Assembly (NCBI GenBank): GCA_000934665.2
Contig: KZ538840.1
Span: 1 to 45,488, forward strand
Length of the DNA: 45,488 nt
DNA from: Catajapyx aquilonaris
Taxonomy: Eukaryota
Direction of reading: 5' to 3'
Part shown: piece by piece, positions 31,487 to 43,775 of the stretch
Layout: each line of letters begins with the position of its first letter
Numbering within the stretch: position 1 is the first letter of the stretch
Program-made: the position numbers and the translations under genes
The notes under the pieces: generated by a model
Databases searched by the model: none
Seen by the model: only the letters and a program-made list of their open reading frames with translations
What the model was told of the DNA's origin: nothing

Positions 31487-34400
31487 TTAATAAATAAATA
31501 AATAAATAATTAAATAAATAAATGTACAACCCTGTGGTACATGCCCTTTTTGGAATTGGAAGGTTGGTTCTCTCTTTTTTTCGTATCAAGGTTGGAGTGT
31601 CTGTCACCTCTATGGAGGCCAATGCTTTTTCTTATACTGGGGGAGGAGGGTCGGTTCAATTTCCTCCGATATAAATGCATTGCTGGTCTCGTTTGGCTGG
31701 GAAGCCAGGCCCTTTCAGAAGCTGTAATTTGACATCAAGCTGAGTAACGAGCTGATCAAAACGAGCCTATTTTCAGGTGATTAAGAGGCCCGCCTTGTAC
31801 TCGGAAGAGAAGGGAACGCGGTGTACAGTACAATCTTATACGTGATGTTGGATCGTAATGGTAGTAGTTAGTGCAGTAATTTAAAGATTGTAAAAGACCT
31901 TGCTTAGCACCAAATTTTAAAAACATTGTTGTAATGAACCGTTAAGTAATGAAAATGCAAAGTAATATTTGGCAACAAGCCGATAGTGCACAGTTACTTT
32001 CTGACCTTGCATCCGTGTGTTTTAAACTTGAGAAGAGAAAAAACTACCGATTGAGAGAAAAGAATGGCGTTAATTTGTCAGCAGGTAAAAAGTGAAGGTG
32101 CTCGTAGCGGAAAGAAGGAAATTGTTTAGTGTTGGGGGGGAAGGGTCGTCATTACCTCTGAGAGAACCCCCCTCTCTAGTTAGTGCAAGTGAGCCAAGAA
32201 GACTTCTTCTTCTTCCCGAAGTGCTAGCTGGGCCTGCAAAAAGGAAACTCGTTTTGAGTCGCACGGTGTCGGAACATTGAACTTGGGAACAGGGAAACAG
32301 TAGTTAACCAGCAGCAACCCCCAAACAGCGGATGCTCCCGGTCACCTCTCTTCATTATTAAAAAAATATTGAAGTACAGGGTCCGACGAAAATTAATTTA
32401 ATAAAAAAAGCAATAATCGGTTTATAGGAGAGAGCTGCTGGGTGCGATGGCTCGTGGAAAATGAGCAGAGTTTCCAACGGTTTGCATTGATTGGATTTTC
32501 TGGGTGAATAATTAGCCAGAGGGGGCCCAGTGTAAATTTGGCGAAATGCAAGGCGGGGGGGACTATAAATAAAGCGAGGTGTAGGTCAGGCTGGATGATA
32601 ATAGACCCCACGACGCTGCATCCAGCTTTACGATCCTGTAGGAGTGTATAGGACTTGGTGTACTGTCCAAATTCGGGGAAGTTATAAATTCTCAAAATAT
32701 GTTTTTAAACAAATTGTCGAGATAGTTACAAATGTTTGCAACGATTCAACTGTCGGCAGTAATGAAACATGTTTCTCCAAAGTAGTAAGCCAGAAATGAC
32801 TCTTGATGGGCTGGGAAAACCTCCTGTGTGAATACCGTACACACACCCACCAGTATAATTACTTGACGTGGAGATGGAGGTAATTACCCTTCGAAATATC
32901 TCTTCTTCTCTATTCATCCAGCCCAAACATTTCCATTCCCAACGTGGAAGTGCAAAGTGCGCAATCAGCATAACGCTAATATGCTGTCTGCACCAGCTTG
33001 GGGCTTCCAAGCCGATTGCTATCTTCTACTGGATGGAACCAGGCATTCACATGGTTACAGTTTGGAGCCCGGGTAATTACTATGCACGGGGTCTGACGTC
33101 ATTTGATTCATTTGCGACTTCATCCGGTACGATGTTGGAAGTAAGTTTCACTTTATAGAGTGTGGCCCGGTCAGATACAAGTTTGTCTGAATTAATTTTT
33201 TTACTATTCAGATTCGTCCACAATTCGTCAGGTGCGAGAATAGGTCGTGTTTTCGCTTGTACTTGTTGCGAAAGTTTACAGAGTCGTATACAACCTGTGA
33301 AAGCAGCGATCCACTTTAGCAAAGATGCAACCGCGTGATTCCCTCAACTCGAAGGCCAGATTTTATTGTTTTGGCTCATCACGAGAGAGAATAACCCTCT
33401 CAGACTCTCATCATCTCGTTTTTCTTCTTTTACCTTATATGTTACCCCCCCCCCCTTCCCCACCCTTTTCCTTTGGTCCTGAGCTGCGTAATATTTGAGC
33501 ATAGTACGACGACCCCCACCCCATTCCAGCGATTACCCAAGGGAATGAGGAACCGGACCGAAGGACGATGACTCTTTTTTGCTCCAACTGGGAAGTTTCT
33601 TAAACATCTTTTTTTTCGTTTAAAGAAAAGGGTTTGGGTCTAGCAGGGTTTGTCACTTAGTTTTTTTTCTTCTTCTTTTTGTATCCAAGGTCACCTGTTG
33701 CACCGTTGTAGGTCAGGGTCTGTGATGGAGATCGATTCCTTTTTGCTGCCTTCTTTTTTGTCCCTCTCGTAAGTTCCTCCAGTCCTACTTGGCTCCAGCC
33801 GGTTACGCAAGAATGGAGTAAGTCGCCTGGGGTTTCAGCCGAGGTTTCTGGTCATTCCATCCGTCGGTATTGAGGTCGGCACGGGCCGGCAGGGGCCTTT
33901 TACACCTTTGACCCCTTTTTAGACATCTCGCAAAAAAAAAAACTCTTCTGAGTGCCGGCTATAGGAGTCTGTCAACGCTGATTTCCTACCACCAAGTCAG
34001 GACAAACTTTTATCAAAAAGTTGGATTCTGCTACATTCCAGTAGATTGATTGATTGATTAGGAAGGAGCCAAAGCAACTGTGGCTGTCTGGCTATTAGAA
34101 GACACAATGATGGGACAGATAGAAACGAAGTGGAAAAAGAAGAGAGGAAAGACTGGTCCTATCTCAAAGAGAAAGACAGGACGAATTCAATGGGAACAAT
34201 TCTTCTGTCCAGGAACATAACGAGTTGGTGAACAATTCAATTTTGTCATAATAATTACGACGAACTTTGTTAGATGGGGAGTTGTTCATGACTGTTTGTA
34301 ATAACATGGGAATGGGTGGAGACGAACTTAAAATTGCGTGACGTACCATGCGGACGTGCTGAAAACGCCATAAGCAGAGAGTACTTGTGCGATTTAATTA

Positions 34401-34954
34401 AAAATTCCTCCCCCGCCCCTCTCCCCGAAACTTGCTGATAAGCAGAATGTGGACCCCTAGTTTTCCAGCGCGCTGGACAACACGCATCGGGCGATTACAT
34501 CGCAACCGGACGTGCAGGAGGCCAGTGGCCAGCCAGCCAGTAGCCCTCCTGCCGGTTAAAATTCCCTGGGCCAATTAAGTGGGGAGTAAATGAGTCCGGA
34601 ACACGGAATTTTGTCTCTGCGGGGAGCCTCATGCCATAGGGCAGATTCCACATAGGCACTACCTTAGATAATTGCTTTCGGCCACTTCCACCTGCGACTT
34701 TGCCGCAGAGACACTCTACCTGACAGACAGGCATCTAAAAGGGTGAACCTACAATCTGCATGATCTGCCTCATATAATGATCTAATTTATCAAAAAAAAA
34801 ATGATTTTTACAGTTATTTTACACAAGTTGTGCAACCAGTTTCAGCAATGGCTAGCACATGGCTTTTGCTCCGTTTGGTTGAGTGTACAGTGCGTCATGT
34901 GTGAGTGTGTGAGTGTGTGACACACTAATGCGAGTTTCTCTGTGTGGCCGGCAG

Positions 34955-35103
34955 GTGACGAGCCTTCTTCTGGAAGCGGAGAGGCGCAAGCTGAGCGTCC
35001 TGCAGCGCGAGCTGGTGGGGGCTCTCAACACTCCGCAGGCCACCTCTGGAGGTTCGCTCAAAGCCAAGGAGCAGCAGCAGCACGAGCTCATCCTTGCCAT
35101 CTC
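34955..35103 (+). CDS. Coding exon of the same gene (coiled-coil-like)
   Basis: GCAG|VTSLLLEAERRKLSVLQRELVGAL...HELILAI(S)|GTAAGT; GC-rich third codon positions; phase 0 in, phase 2 out. Confidence 0.8.
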
Positions 35104-36058
35104 GTAAGTGAAGTTCGCAGCATGGAATCGACGGGATAATTAGAAGTTAATAATGAAATGTAACTCCATGCTAGTTCTAATTAGATCACGATTGAAGTTA
35201 ATATTGCATGGTCATACCTTCGTTTTAAATGGAAAAGGCAAGGTCGTTTGGAGGGATGCATATCTGCCAGGATATTATGTAGGCTCCCTAGCCTACCTTG
35301 TTTTTGAAGCTTATTATCTTGGTAACGAAACGAGGTTGCTGACACTTTACAAGTTTTGTCTGGGATTGTTACGAATCACCATGTATTTTAAGAATACCAT
35401 TCTTTTTCTAGCAAGTACCATGTTTTACAACGTTACTTTCCTGACCTTCTCTCGATTTTAGCACATCTGCACCTATACTATACATACACTTGAACTGAAA
35501 TGCAGACCTGTCATGATTACATTATAGAAGAGCTATATGAGATTGTGAGACTTTGAAGTTTGTACGTTACAGTATCCTTTATTGGATCCGATTTATTCAA
35601 ACATTGATCTAGAAACTGTAATCAGCAATCTTCTTCTCTTCTTTTTATCGCGTCATCTTCGTCATCTCTGACTGTCGAGTCACTACTAGTAGTTCTCAGG
35701 CGACTTGCTCGACCCCTCATGACTTGGGCTCACTTGTCCTATCGCATGGGAACCTGCTTCTTCCTCATCGACCGCGCGGGTGTGACTACCGATTAATATT
35801 TTCTCTCCCATCACACTGAAGACGATTATCGCATACTTCACAAAACTCAAACTAAATTTCGAACAAAATGTGACTCGACTAATCAAATTCAGTTTCTAAA
35901 TTTCACTGAAAAAATATCTGTGCAGAAATCGATAATGTTCACGTTACATTTTATTAATTTTTACATACAGTACAATAATTCAATACTGTATAATTATAGT
36001 ATGTAATTCTACAGGGTGACCCAAAGGTCTGGACACAGGTATGATACATATTGTAGCC

Positions 36059-36355
36059 TACTCCCGAATATTAGGGTGCTGATTATCCGTGCATCGCCAA
36101 AAATAAAAGTCCGAAAAATGTCTCGCAAAAGAAGAAATATAGCAGACTTTTTCTAGAAGACAAACTAAAAATCGATTATTATTTACATCTGCGTATTTAT
36201 TTTTTTATCAAGCCTCAGGTGAAGCAGCATACACTCTGTATTACAGTAGTAGGCCTATACATTAAAAACCTGCGAATAGCTCATTTTAACGGTATCTAGA
36301 ATCATTTACGGATTTTCCGTGTTTTCCGATTATCCGGAAACACCCGGGCATTCAG
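36059..36355 (+). mobile_element. Dispersed repeat, uninterrupted relative of 10316-10928
   Basis: Reverse-complement similarity to the LARP7 intron 3 flanks. Confidence 0.65.
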
Positions 36356-36404
36356 TGTAATAAGTGCATTGTTGGTTACCAGTTAAAGAATATTACATAC
36401 TACG

Positions 36405-36550
36405 TACTATGGGGCTCAAATTCATTCGGCCACTTTATCCTGGTCTTGAAGCAACCCTTCGCACAGGCCCCACAGTGAGGAAGTGTATGTGTGTGAAGGG
36501 TTGCTTCAAGACCAGGATAAAGTGGCCAAGAGAATTTGGGCCCCATAATA
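36405..36550. mobile_element. Palindromic MITE (pair with 41669-41816)
   Basis: Arms GGCCACTTTATCCTGGTCTTGAAGCAACCCTTC / GAAGGGTTGCTTCAAGACCAGGATAAAGTGGCC; TACTAT start. Confidence 0.85.
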
Positions 36551-37135
36551 CATATTGTATACCACTTTGAATTAATGTTTAACATCATATTTATCTACGA
36601 TATTGCTGTATAATGTACCATGTCCCTTGCTTCCACTTTTTCGGGAACAATATGATTTTTAACAATGATGGAGTGTAAGAAAATAAATTACTACCCCGCA
36701 CATCAGCAACTTCCACTCAATTTCGACCTTATGGACTTATCGTTGTTTGAAAGGGCCGTCAATTAATCGTGTCCGACAGAAAAATCAATCCTGGAAAGGG
36801 CCATTTACTTCCTCCAAAATTAATGGCCTGCGAGCCCCCACTCTTTTCTTGTACCCCCCCCCCCCACCGTAAATTGACGACGTCGACGTCCAGTAATAGA
36901 CCCAATAACCACATGAACTATGCAGCAAGGGACATGCCTCTCATCACTTTCACATAACGGTCAACGGACCGGACATTGCCCTCACCTCCAACTCAAATTG
37001 CCAAACAATGGTCAATTTTTTCCCCCTCCCCCTCCCTCCCACAATCGATTCTTGTTTTATTATTTTGGAGCCTCCCTCCCATCCTTTTTTTTTCTCCCCC
37101 GATGAAGTATTCATGCGCCGCGTTTCATTTTCCAG

Positions 37136-37229
37136 GCGCATCCAGGCCCAATACGACCAGCTGGAGAAAGAATACCAGGAGAACGCCATGGGCGTGCTCC
37201 GGAACTCAAACTCCAGGGGCTCCGGAAAG
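37136..37229 (+). CDS. Coding exon of the same gene
   Basis: TTTCATTTTCCAG|G CGC ATC: RIQAQYDQLEKEYQENAMGVLRNSNSRGSGK|GTAAGC; phase 2 in matches the previous exon. Confidence 0.8.
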
Positions 37230-37809
37230 GTAAGCGATTGGCCCCTCTGATCAAATTTTCATCTCCACCCTCTGCCCCCCTCTTTCTCTCTCTCCAACTC
37301 CAACCCCCCCTGCCTTATTTCCCGGACTGGGTTCCGGGCGTCTCGGAGCGTCGGATGGCGTCCCGGAAAATCCAGTCTGGTGTTGGGTCGGGCTCGGAGT
37401 AGCACGCGTGTGTTGCGGGGCTGCATAAGTGTGTTGTGTGTGTAGGGTGCGTATGAGGCCCAGCAATCCACACAGTTTACCCCAGCAACCTGATTAAAGA
37501 GCAACCATTATTGCTTATGTATTGTTGCTCTTCAAACGTGGTTGCTGGAGTAGACAGTGTTGGACGTGGTCATTTCTTCACCCCCTGTGTTTTGTGTGTA
37601 TAGTGTGTGCCTAGCTACGGAGGAGGCAGTGTCTTTCTGCCACTTGCTCAGAGGCTGTTTGGGGGCGGCCCTGGGGAAGTGCGTAGGGGTGTGTATGGCC
37701 CCCGATGCGGGGCAGGTGCCTCCAACCTCCAGGGGCAAGCACTTGGATGCGACGGTAGGTCACATGCGGTCAGATGTCACAGAAAAAATAGTCAAGTTGG
37801 TACCCCTGA

Positions 37810-38180
37810 TGGCCACGTGCCAATGAGCCAATCAGGACCATTCATATCACGTGATCATGTCATGTGATCAAAAAAAGAACCTTCTGGTAGCCTGATTCGA
37901 GTATACTAAAGACAGTATTATTCATTAACTACCTGTAGTGTCTGGCCGAATTACACTTCCGGCACTGCACGTTGCACTTTACTAATTACTAATTACTTAT
38001 ACGCACAGGGTTGAACGTACTGTACTTGATGGGGAGGGGGTACACGTGTGTGGCCATCCTGTCCCCTAGGCAACCCACGTGTTAGGCTTATTGCATATCC
38101 TTTCTCCGGCTCTAAATTGCGTTAGGGCCCTAGGGAGGATGGGAGAGACAAATTGAATCACGGAAGCCAATCAGAGCACG
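37810..38180. promoter_or_regulatory. Intronic E-box/CCAAT cluster
   Basis: CACGTG at 37814, 37848, 38043, 38076; TCATGTGA 37860; CCAAT at 37820, 37828, 38167. Confidence 0.4.
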
Positions 38181-40100
38181 TCATGGCTCATGCATTACGA
38201 TTAACTGACTTGCCATTGGACAATGCAAGGGGTTACCGACAGTTAATCGAGTTGGTTACAGGCAGTACTGTGCAGTGTTTACTTTGCGTTCAAGTTAGCG
38301 GACCGCTCGGTTATTTGAAGCTGCAAAAAAATTAAGAGCTAACCAGGCATGGTCTTAATTGCTTAAGTGCAGTGCGTTAATGCTGGACTACAATTATAAT
38401 TTAAAAAAAAATATGAGACTGCAGAGTTGGGGAAATTACTTTCAAAACGTAATTAGTTACAGCTACTCGGTGCAAAGAATGATATAATTAAAACAGCTGA
38501 ACAGTAACTCTAGCTCTGAGGTCATATTCGCAACAATTATTTTCATCAACACCCAAGTTCAGTTCCGAGGTTTGCATGATATGGTCAAATATTGACGGCA
38601 ATAACTATAATTAGTAGCTTGCACAGTTTCTTGCCATGTTACTTGAGCATTAAAAAGTTTACTAGAAACGTTACTTAGACAATATTAGAGAGACACAGTA
38701 ACTGCACTAGAACCAAAACCTGTTGATGAAGGCAAGAGTTTACAACATTCCCAGAAAGACAATGTTCCAATGGAAGTGTCGGTTTCAATCGGTGATTACT
38801 TTCGTATTACTCTGCTTATTTATTTATTTAGTTATTTATTTATTTATAACCCCTTATAGTAGGTCATTGCTTTTTGTTGGGGGGGGGACGTTCTGAACTA
38901 TACGTACTAATTAAATATAGAAATTATTGAGTAAAGGTATGTGGTAAAAACAAACAACAAATAACCATACAGTTTAAATAACTATACCTTAATAAAAATG
39001 ATAAAATTAAATCAACTCAGTTATTATAAGTCCATTCTATACCGTACTGTATGCATAGAATTCAACTGATATTCTATTGATGACGTTTTCCAGAAAAAAA
39101 TAAACAAATGTTGTAAATTACTTCATTTTGAATATGGGAAAACAACTTGGTGCACTTATATCAGGAGGTAATTTGCATAAATATGACGAAAATAATTGTA
39201 ATGAACTTTTAGCACGAGGATAACATCTGACATAGGGTTAAAAAAAAGTATAAATTAGTACTTGTAAAATAATAATTAACTTCGGTCATCGCCATCATCA
39301 TCACCATCACGACATTTCCCTATAAGGATAGTCAGCGATGACGGGAGCCACAAACTAACCCAAAATATAAACTAAATTAATATTAATATTAATATTAAGC
39401 TGTAAAAATTGGTTTGACTGACTGGCAGTGACTGTACGTACTTGACAGTGCCTTCAATTTCGAGCCACCCTGTTTGTTTGTAATTGCTGCAGTTCCGTCG
39501 TGTAAAGTTACAACATTTTGCGCAATTGCTGTTGGACCTGTCATAACCGCGAGGCAACAGTGTATTAATAAACAGGTTTATTTTTGCAAAACGGCAGGAA
39601 CATTAACGCCGGCGCCAGAAAATGAAGTTTATCGCGCTTTATGGCCTACCGCGAACACCACCATTTTTTGACCGTTTTATTGAACGCCATCCGGTTAATA
39701 ATTAAAACAGGGCAAGAGTCTGCCCTCCGGAACAAAACAATTTCAAATAAACAATGGGCGTTAAATCGCTATTTTTGCGGCTTTGCGGTGTCGATGACGC
39801 ATTAAGTGCGTAGTAATTCCAGATTGGATCGAAATTGAACCTCGTTACATGATGCCAACAGATAGTAGCAAGTTCAAAATAATAAACATTGGAATTTAAA
39901 TTAAACAATTAATTATTATTCACGATTTGTATCCCCTATCTGTCCACGTTTTGTTCTGAAACATGCTGGTTTACACTTTTTCTGGCTATAATTGAAACGT
40001 GTAATTTAGGTACATTGTTACGTTAAAATTTATCGCCTGCACTGTACAGTCGATCGCCTCTCTTGGAGGTTAATTTGGGCTTCGAGTTTGCTACTTTCGG

Positions 40101-40420
40101 CAGGGAGCATATGCTACATAAGAGGCGCAAACTTCTGTCGGCGCCTTTGATGTTCGCGTCTCTCTGTTTGGGGCGTTGCCAAGGCTGGCGGCCATTTTGA
40201 AGTGTGTGGAACGCCAACGAGGTATAAATAGGGTACAGGCAAAAATAGGGTCCGCCATCTTTGATGATTGTGGCGGCCATGGCAACTACAAGAAAGGCAA
40301 GAACACGCTCGAATCAAAGATGGCAGACCCTATTTTTGCGTGTACCCTATTTATACCTCGTTGGCGTTCCACACACTTCAAAAGGGCCGCCATCGCCTCT
40401 TATGTAGTATATGCTCCCTG
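40101..40420. mobile_element. Same MITE family (copy 3, internal deletion in right arm)
   Basis: CAGGGAGCATAT...ATATGCTCCCTG with perfect 7-bp flanking duplication CTTTCGG. Confidence 0.88.
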
Positions 40421-40539
40421 CTTTCGGCGAGTGTACATTATATCGTATGAAAGACAATTAAGAAAAAAATGTCTGTCCCGATATAAATTTCCTTTGGCCG
40501 AATTGCCCAAAATTGAATTTTTATTCTCGTCCATTTCAG

Positions 40540-40590
40540 AGCAACCGCAGCCAACCAGCCATCGGCCTGAAGCAAACTCCGAAGGCCAGG
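40540..40590 (+). CDS. Small coding exon, probably the same gene
   Basis: TTCTCGTCCATTTCAG|SNRSQPAIGLKQTPKAR|GTAAGT; 51 bp, open in phase 0 as required by the upstream exon. Confidence 0.6.
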
Positions 40591-41668
40591 GTAAGTACTC
40601 TCAGATTTTTTATTGGAGGTAGTTCTTGCGCCAGATATTGGAAGAAGAACTCTGGAAGATTTTTTTTTTGAGAATCCGGGGTTTTCCAGGTCCGGCCAAG
40701 CGTGGTCCGGAGACCCCGCGAGGTATATATCCTCGCGGCTTCAATCCAACTTCATTTCCTCCCAATTTGCGGACCGACTACGGACCCCTGGATTTCAGGA
40801 GAGGAAAAATAGTGTAGCCCAGAGGTCGAACATAGATCCAGAAACCATCTTGGATTGTTGGGTTAATATATAGAGGGTGGCACACTGCCCAAATCCACAA
40901 ACCACCAGAAGAAGAAAAAAAACGAGCAGAAAATATTTTCATTCCAGTAATATTTTTGATAACAGCTGAAAGTACTGCCTGATGAACGAATATTTCGATT
41001 CGAAACATGCTCTATAGAAGTTGGAGGGAAAAATCAGCGCAATCATTCCTCTCTCTCTGGAACTTTTTGAGCGGTAAACGGATGGAAATTTCTCTTCTCC
41101 AGGGCCGGACTGCTGCTGGAGAGGGATTTAACTGGAGACAAAGGCAAAAGGGGGGGAAAGGGTTTGGCTGATGCCCGCCGATTGGACCAGGGCTCCATTT
41201 ATATTTAAGTAGAGGGGTATGAAGGGGGGTTGAGTGAGCTTGCTCTGGATATTCCAGCTGTTGCCAAGGCCCATTTGAAACGGGGAGTTTACGATTATAA
41301 TAGTTTACTCCCCTCCTCCATCCCCCTTACCTCACTTCCAACTTCTAATTGATGTTGGCAACAACGTCGGTTGAAAAAACACCACTGAATTATGGATGAA
41401 TTTCTGGAACAGACCTGTTGCTACAAGTCGCTGCTCGGAAGTTGTTATTACCCATGTATATATATGTCGGTCATGGTGTGTAATTAAGTGAATCAGTTTA
41501 AATGCACATTTTACAATATGGTGCACATAATGTCATCAGCTGATATAAGCCTACGATAACTCTTTAGGTAACAGTTCCAAAGACTGCTTAATAATGAGAA
41601 AAATCGCGGAATAAAATGGACACAACAAGACATTGAACACGATGTACAATATACAATTGTAAAGTATG

Positions 41669-41816
41669 TACTATCGGGTTCAAATACTTTTGGCCACTTT
41701 ATCCTGGTCTTGAAGCAACCCTTCACACAGACACACACCTCCTTAACGTGGGGTCTGTGCGAAGGGTTGCTTCAAGACCAGGATAAAGTGGCCAAAAATA
41801 TTTGAACCCGATAGTA
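41669..41816. mobile_element. Palindromic MITE, opposite orientation to 36405-36550
   Basis: TACTATCGGGTTCAAATA ... TATTTGAACCCGATAGTA; same arms, loop reversed. Confidence 0.85.
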
Positions 41817-42641
41817 CAACTAAATTAGAGGAGTAAGATCATACTCAAAAGTGAGGACTATACCAAGGTCTAACTTTAGTCCCGCCTACACTAAGCTGGG
41901 ACTAACTACAGCACATTCAGAGACAAGGACTATAGTTAGTGCTAATTAGTCATGATTTGAGTAATTGATAATTATTATACTTAAAGGAGCAAATTGCATA
42001 GTCTGATCAAAGGTCTTGACAGGATTGCAGTATGTTGGCAAGTGAAAGGATTAATACTACACCCGGTTTATAAACTAGAAAATAATAAGTGCGCTAATAA
42101 ATGGCGGTATAAAGTTTAATGCAATAGAGTGAACCCGGATGCACTTGGTTCCATAATTAAACTGATTTGCGATGACGATCACTGGTGGTGATCGCAATAT
42201 TAATCTCCGACGCATTAATGGTATCGTTAATAAATTTTTATTAGCGCCATCACACCAGGGTAATGAAGCCCAAAGCGCGATTCATCAATACATCATTATT
42301 CAAGAGACCCATAGATTCCATTCCAAAAATGATTTATCGCAATGTACAGGGTGTGCACTATCGGGTTTGCACCCCACTAAGGACCGGTTGTATCGAGAGA
42401 GAAAAATTATGGAAGGTAATTTTTAGAGACAATGAAGTGTGCCTTTTAAGGCTAGGTGCGGAATCGTGTAGTTTAGATCCGGCCGTAGAGATGGCGCTGC
42501 TGATGCGTGACGACCTCAGCGCCATCTCTACTTTTCAGATCACAACTATTCCGAACATGACCTGACAAAAGCAGCGCGGATGAAAAACACGAGGAAATAA
42601 TGAGACAAAATTGATTCATTTTTGCCCCCCCCCCCCCCCCC

Positions 42642-42863
42642 NNNNNNNNNNNNNNNNNNNNNNNNNNNNNNNNNNNNNNNNNNNNNNNNNNNNNNNNNNN
42701 NNNNNNNNNNNNNNNNNNNNNNNNNNNNNNNNNNNNNNNNNNNNNNNNNNNNNNNNNNNNNNNNNNNNNNNNNNNNNNNNNNNNNNNNNNNNNNNNNNNN
42801 NNNNNNNNNNNNNNNNNNNNNNNNNNNNNNNNNNNNNNNNNNNNNNNNNNNNNNNNNNNNNNN
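42642..42863. other. Assembly gap (N run)
   Basis: Run of N preceded by poly-C and followed shortly by another poly-C tract. Confidence 0.99.
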
Positions 42864-43219
42864 TGGGCAGTCAATCCCGGTGCAAACAACCCCCCCCCCC
42901 CCCTTTTTCCATGATGAACCCCCTCTCCAATTAATATTCCCTTTACAGTGTTTCCGCTCTAACCGCGATGGAAATCCCCAGCTCTAATTCGCTCCGTTGG
43001 ACTAGGGGGGGCGGACGCGGTTATGTCTCTTTTGTGGCAATAAGCTCTGCCTGCCACGTGGGGGGCGGGGGCGGGGGGCAAGGAATTGGCTTAGCCTAAT
43101 TAAGGTCCGGAGCGGCCTCTTTGCCGCAGAACTGCACTTAATTCGTCGTATTCAGTGTTGCTGGCTGCTTCTACTAAGGGTAGGAAACATGACAATTTCA
43201 ACCATAAAAACACATGTCA

Positions 43220-43775
43220 GTGTTGCTATATTCAGAACATGCAGCGATAACAGCTACTGCATTTAATAATAGCAGTGATAACAACTACCCCATACAAACA
43301 CAGCAGTGATAATAGCTACTGCATTCAATAAAAGCGCTTTAAGGGAGCATTAATTAGTTGACCTCTGCCGTCAGATGTGAGAGGACCGTAACTCATTATC
43401 CAGTTCCCTTGCGGCGAGAAAAGAAAGCAAGTGTTACCAAAAGCATCCAAGAGGTGGCGTTGGGGGAAGGGGGAAAAAGGAACGGCACCCAAACTCCACC
43501 TGTTGGGTGCTTTTGGTATACCACTGCTTTTAATCTCGCCGCAAGGGGAAGTGGACATTGAGTTACGGTCCTCTCATATCTGACGGCAGACCTAGCCTGC
43601 CAAGGCCATGAAATCAACTCAATAATAGCAATAATAACAGCTAACGTACACAAAACAACAGCGATAACAGCCACTGTGTTCAATAATAGCAGCGACAATA
43701 ACTACCGTAGCCTATACAAAATAGCAGCAATAACAGCTACTGTGTTAAGAAATCGCAGTGAAAGTAGCTGCTATT
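43220..43775. repeat. Degenerate ~31-33 bp minisatellite split by the palindrome
   Basis: AGCAG(C/T)GATAACA(G/A)CTAC units at 43240-43330 and 43620-43775. Confidence 0.7.
43364..43590. mobile_element. Palindromic element (~100-bp arms) inside a minisatellite
   Basis: TCTGCCGTCAGATGTGAGAGGACCGTAACTCA is inverted as TGAGTTACGGTCCTCTCATATCTGACGGCAGA. Confidence 0.75.

Noticed and set aside
32393..33322. LINE reverse-transcriptase or viral relic
   Set aside because: Only faint fragments (TLGPLWLII); no catalytic motifs in order.
41103..41171. Next exon of the plus-strand gene after TTCTCTTCTCCAG
   Set aside because: Phase-0 reading hits a stop after 22 codons through a G-run and has no donor; not supportable.
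42473..42987. ORFs spanning the N run
   Set aside because: Artefacts of the assembly gap.
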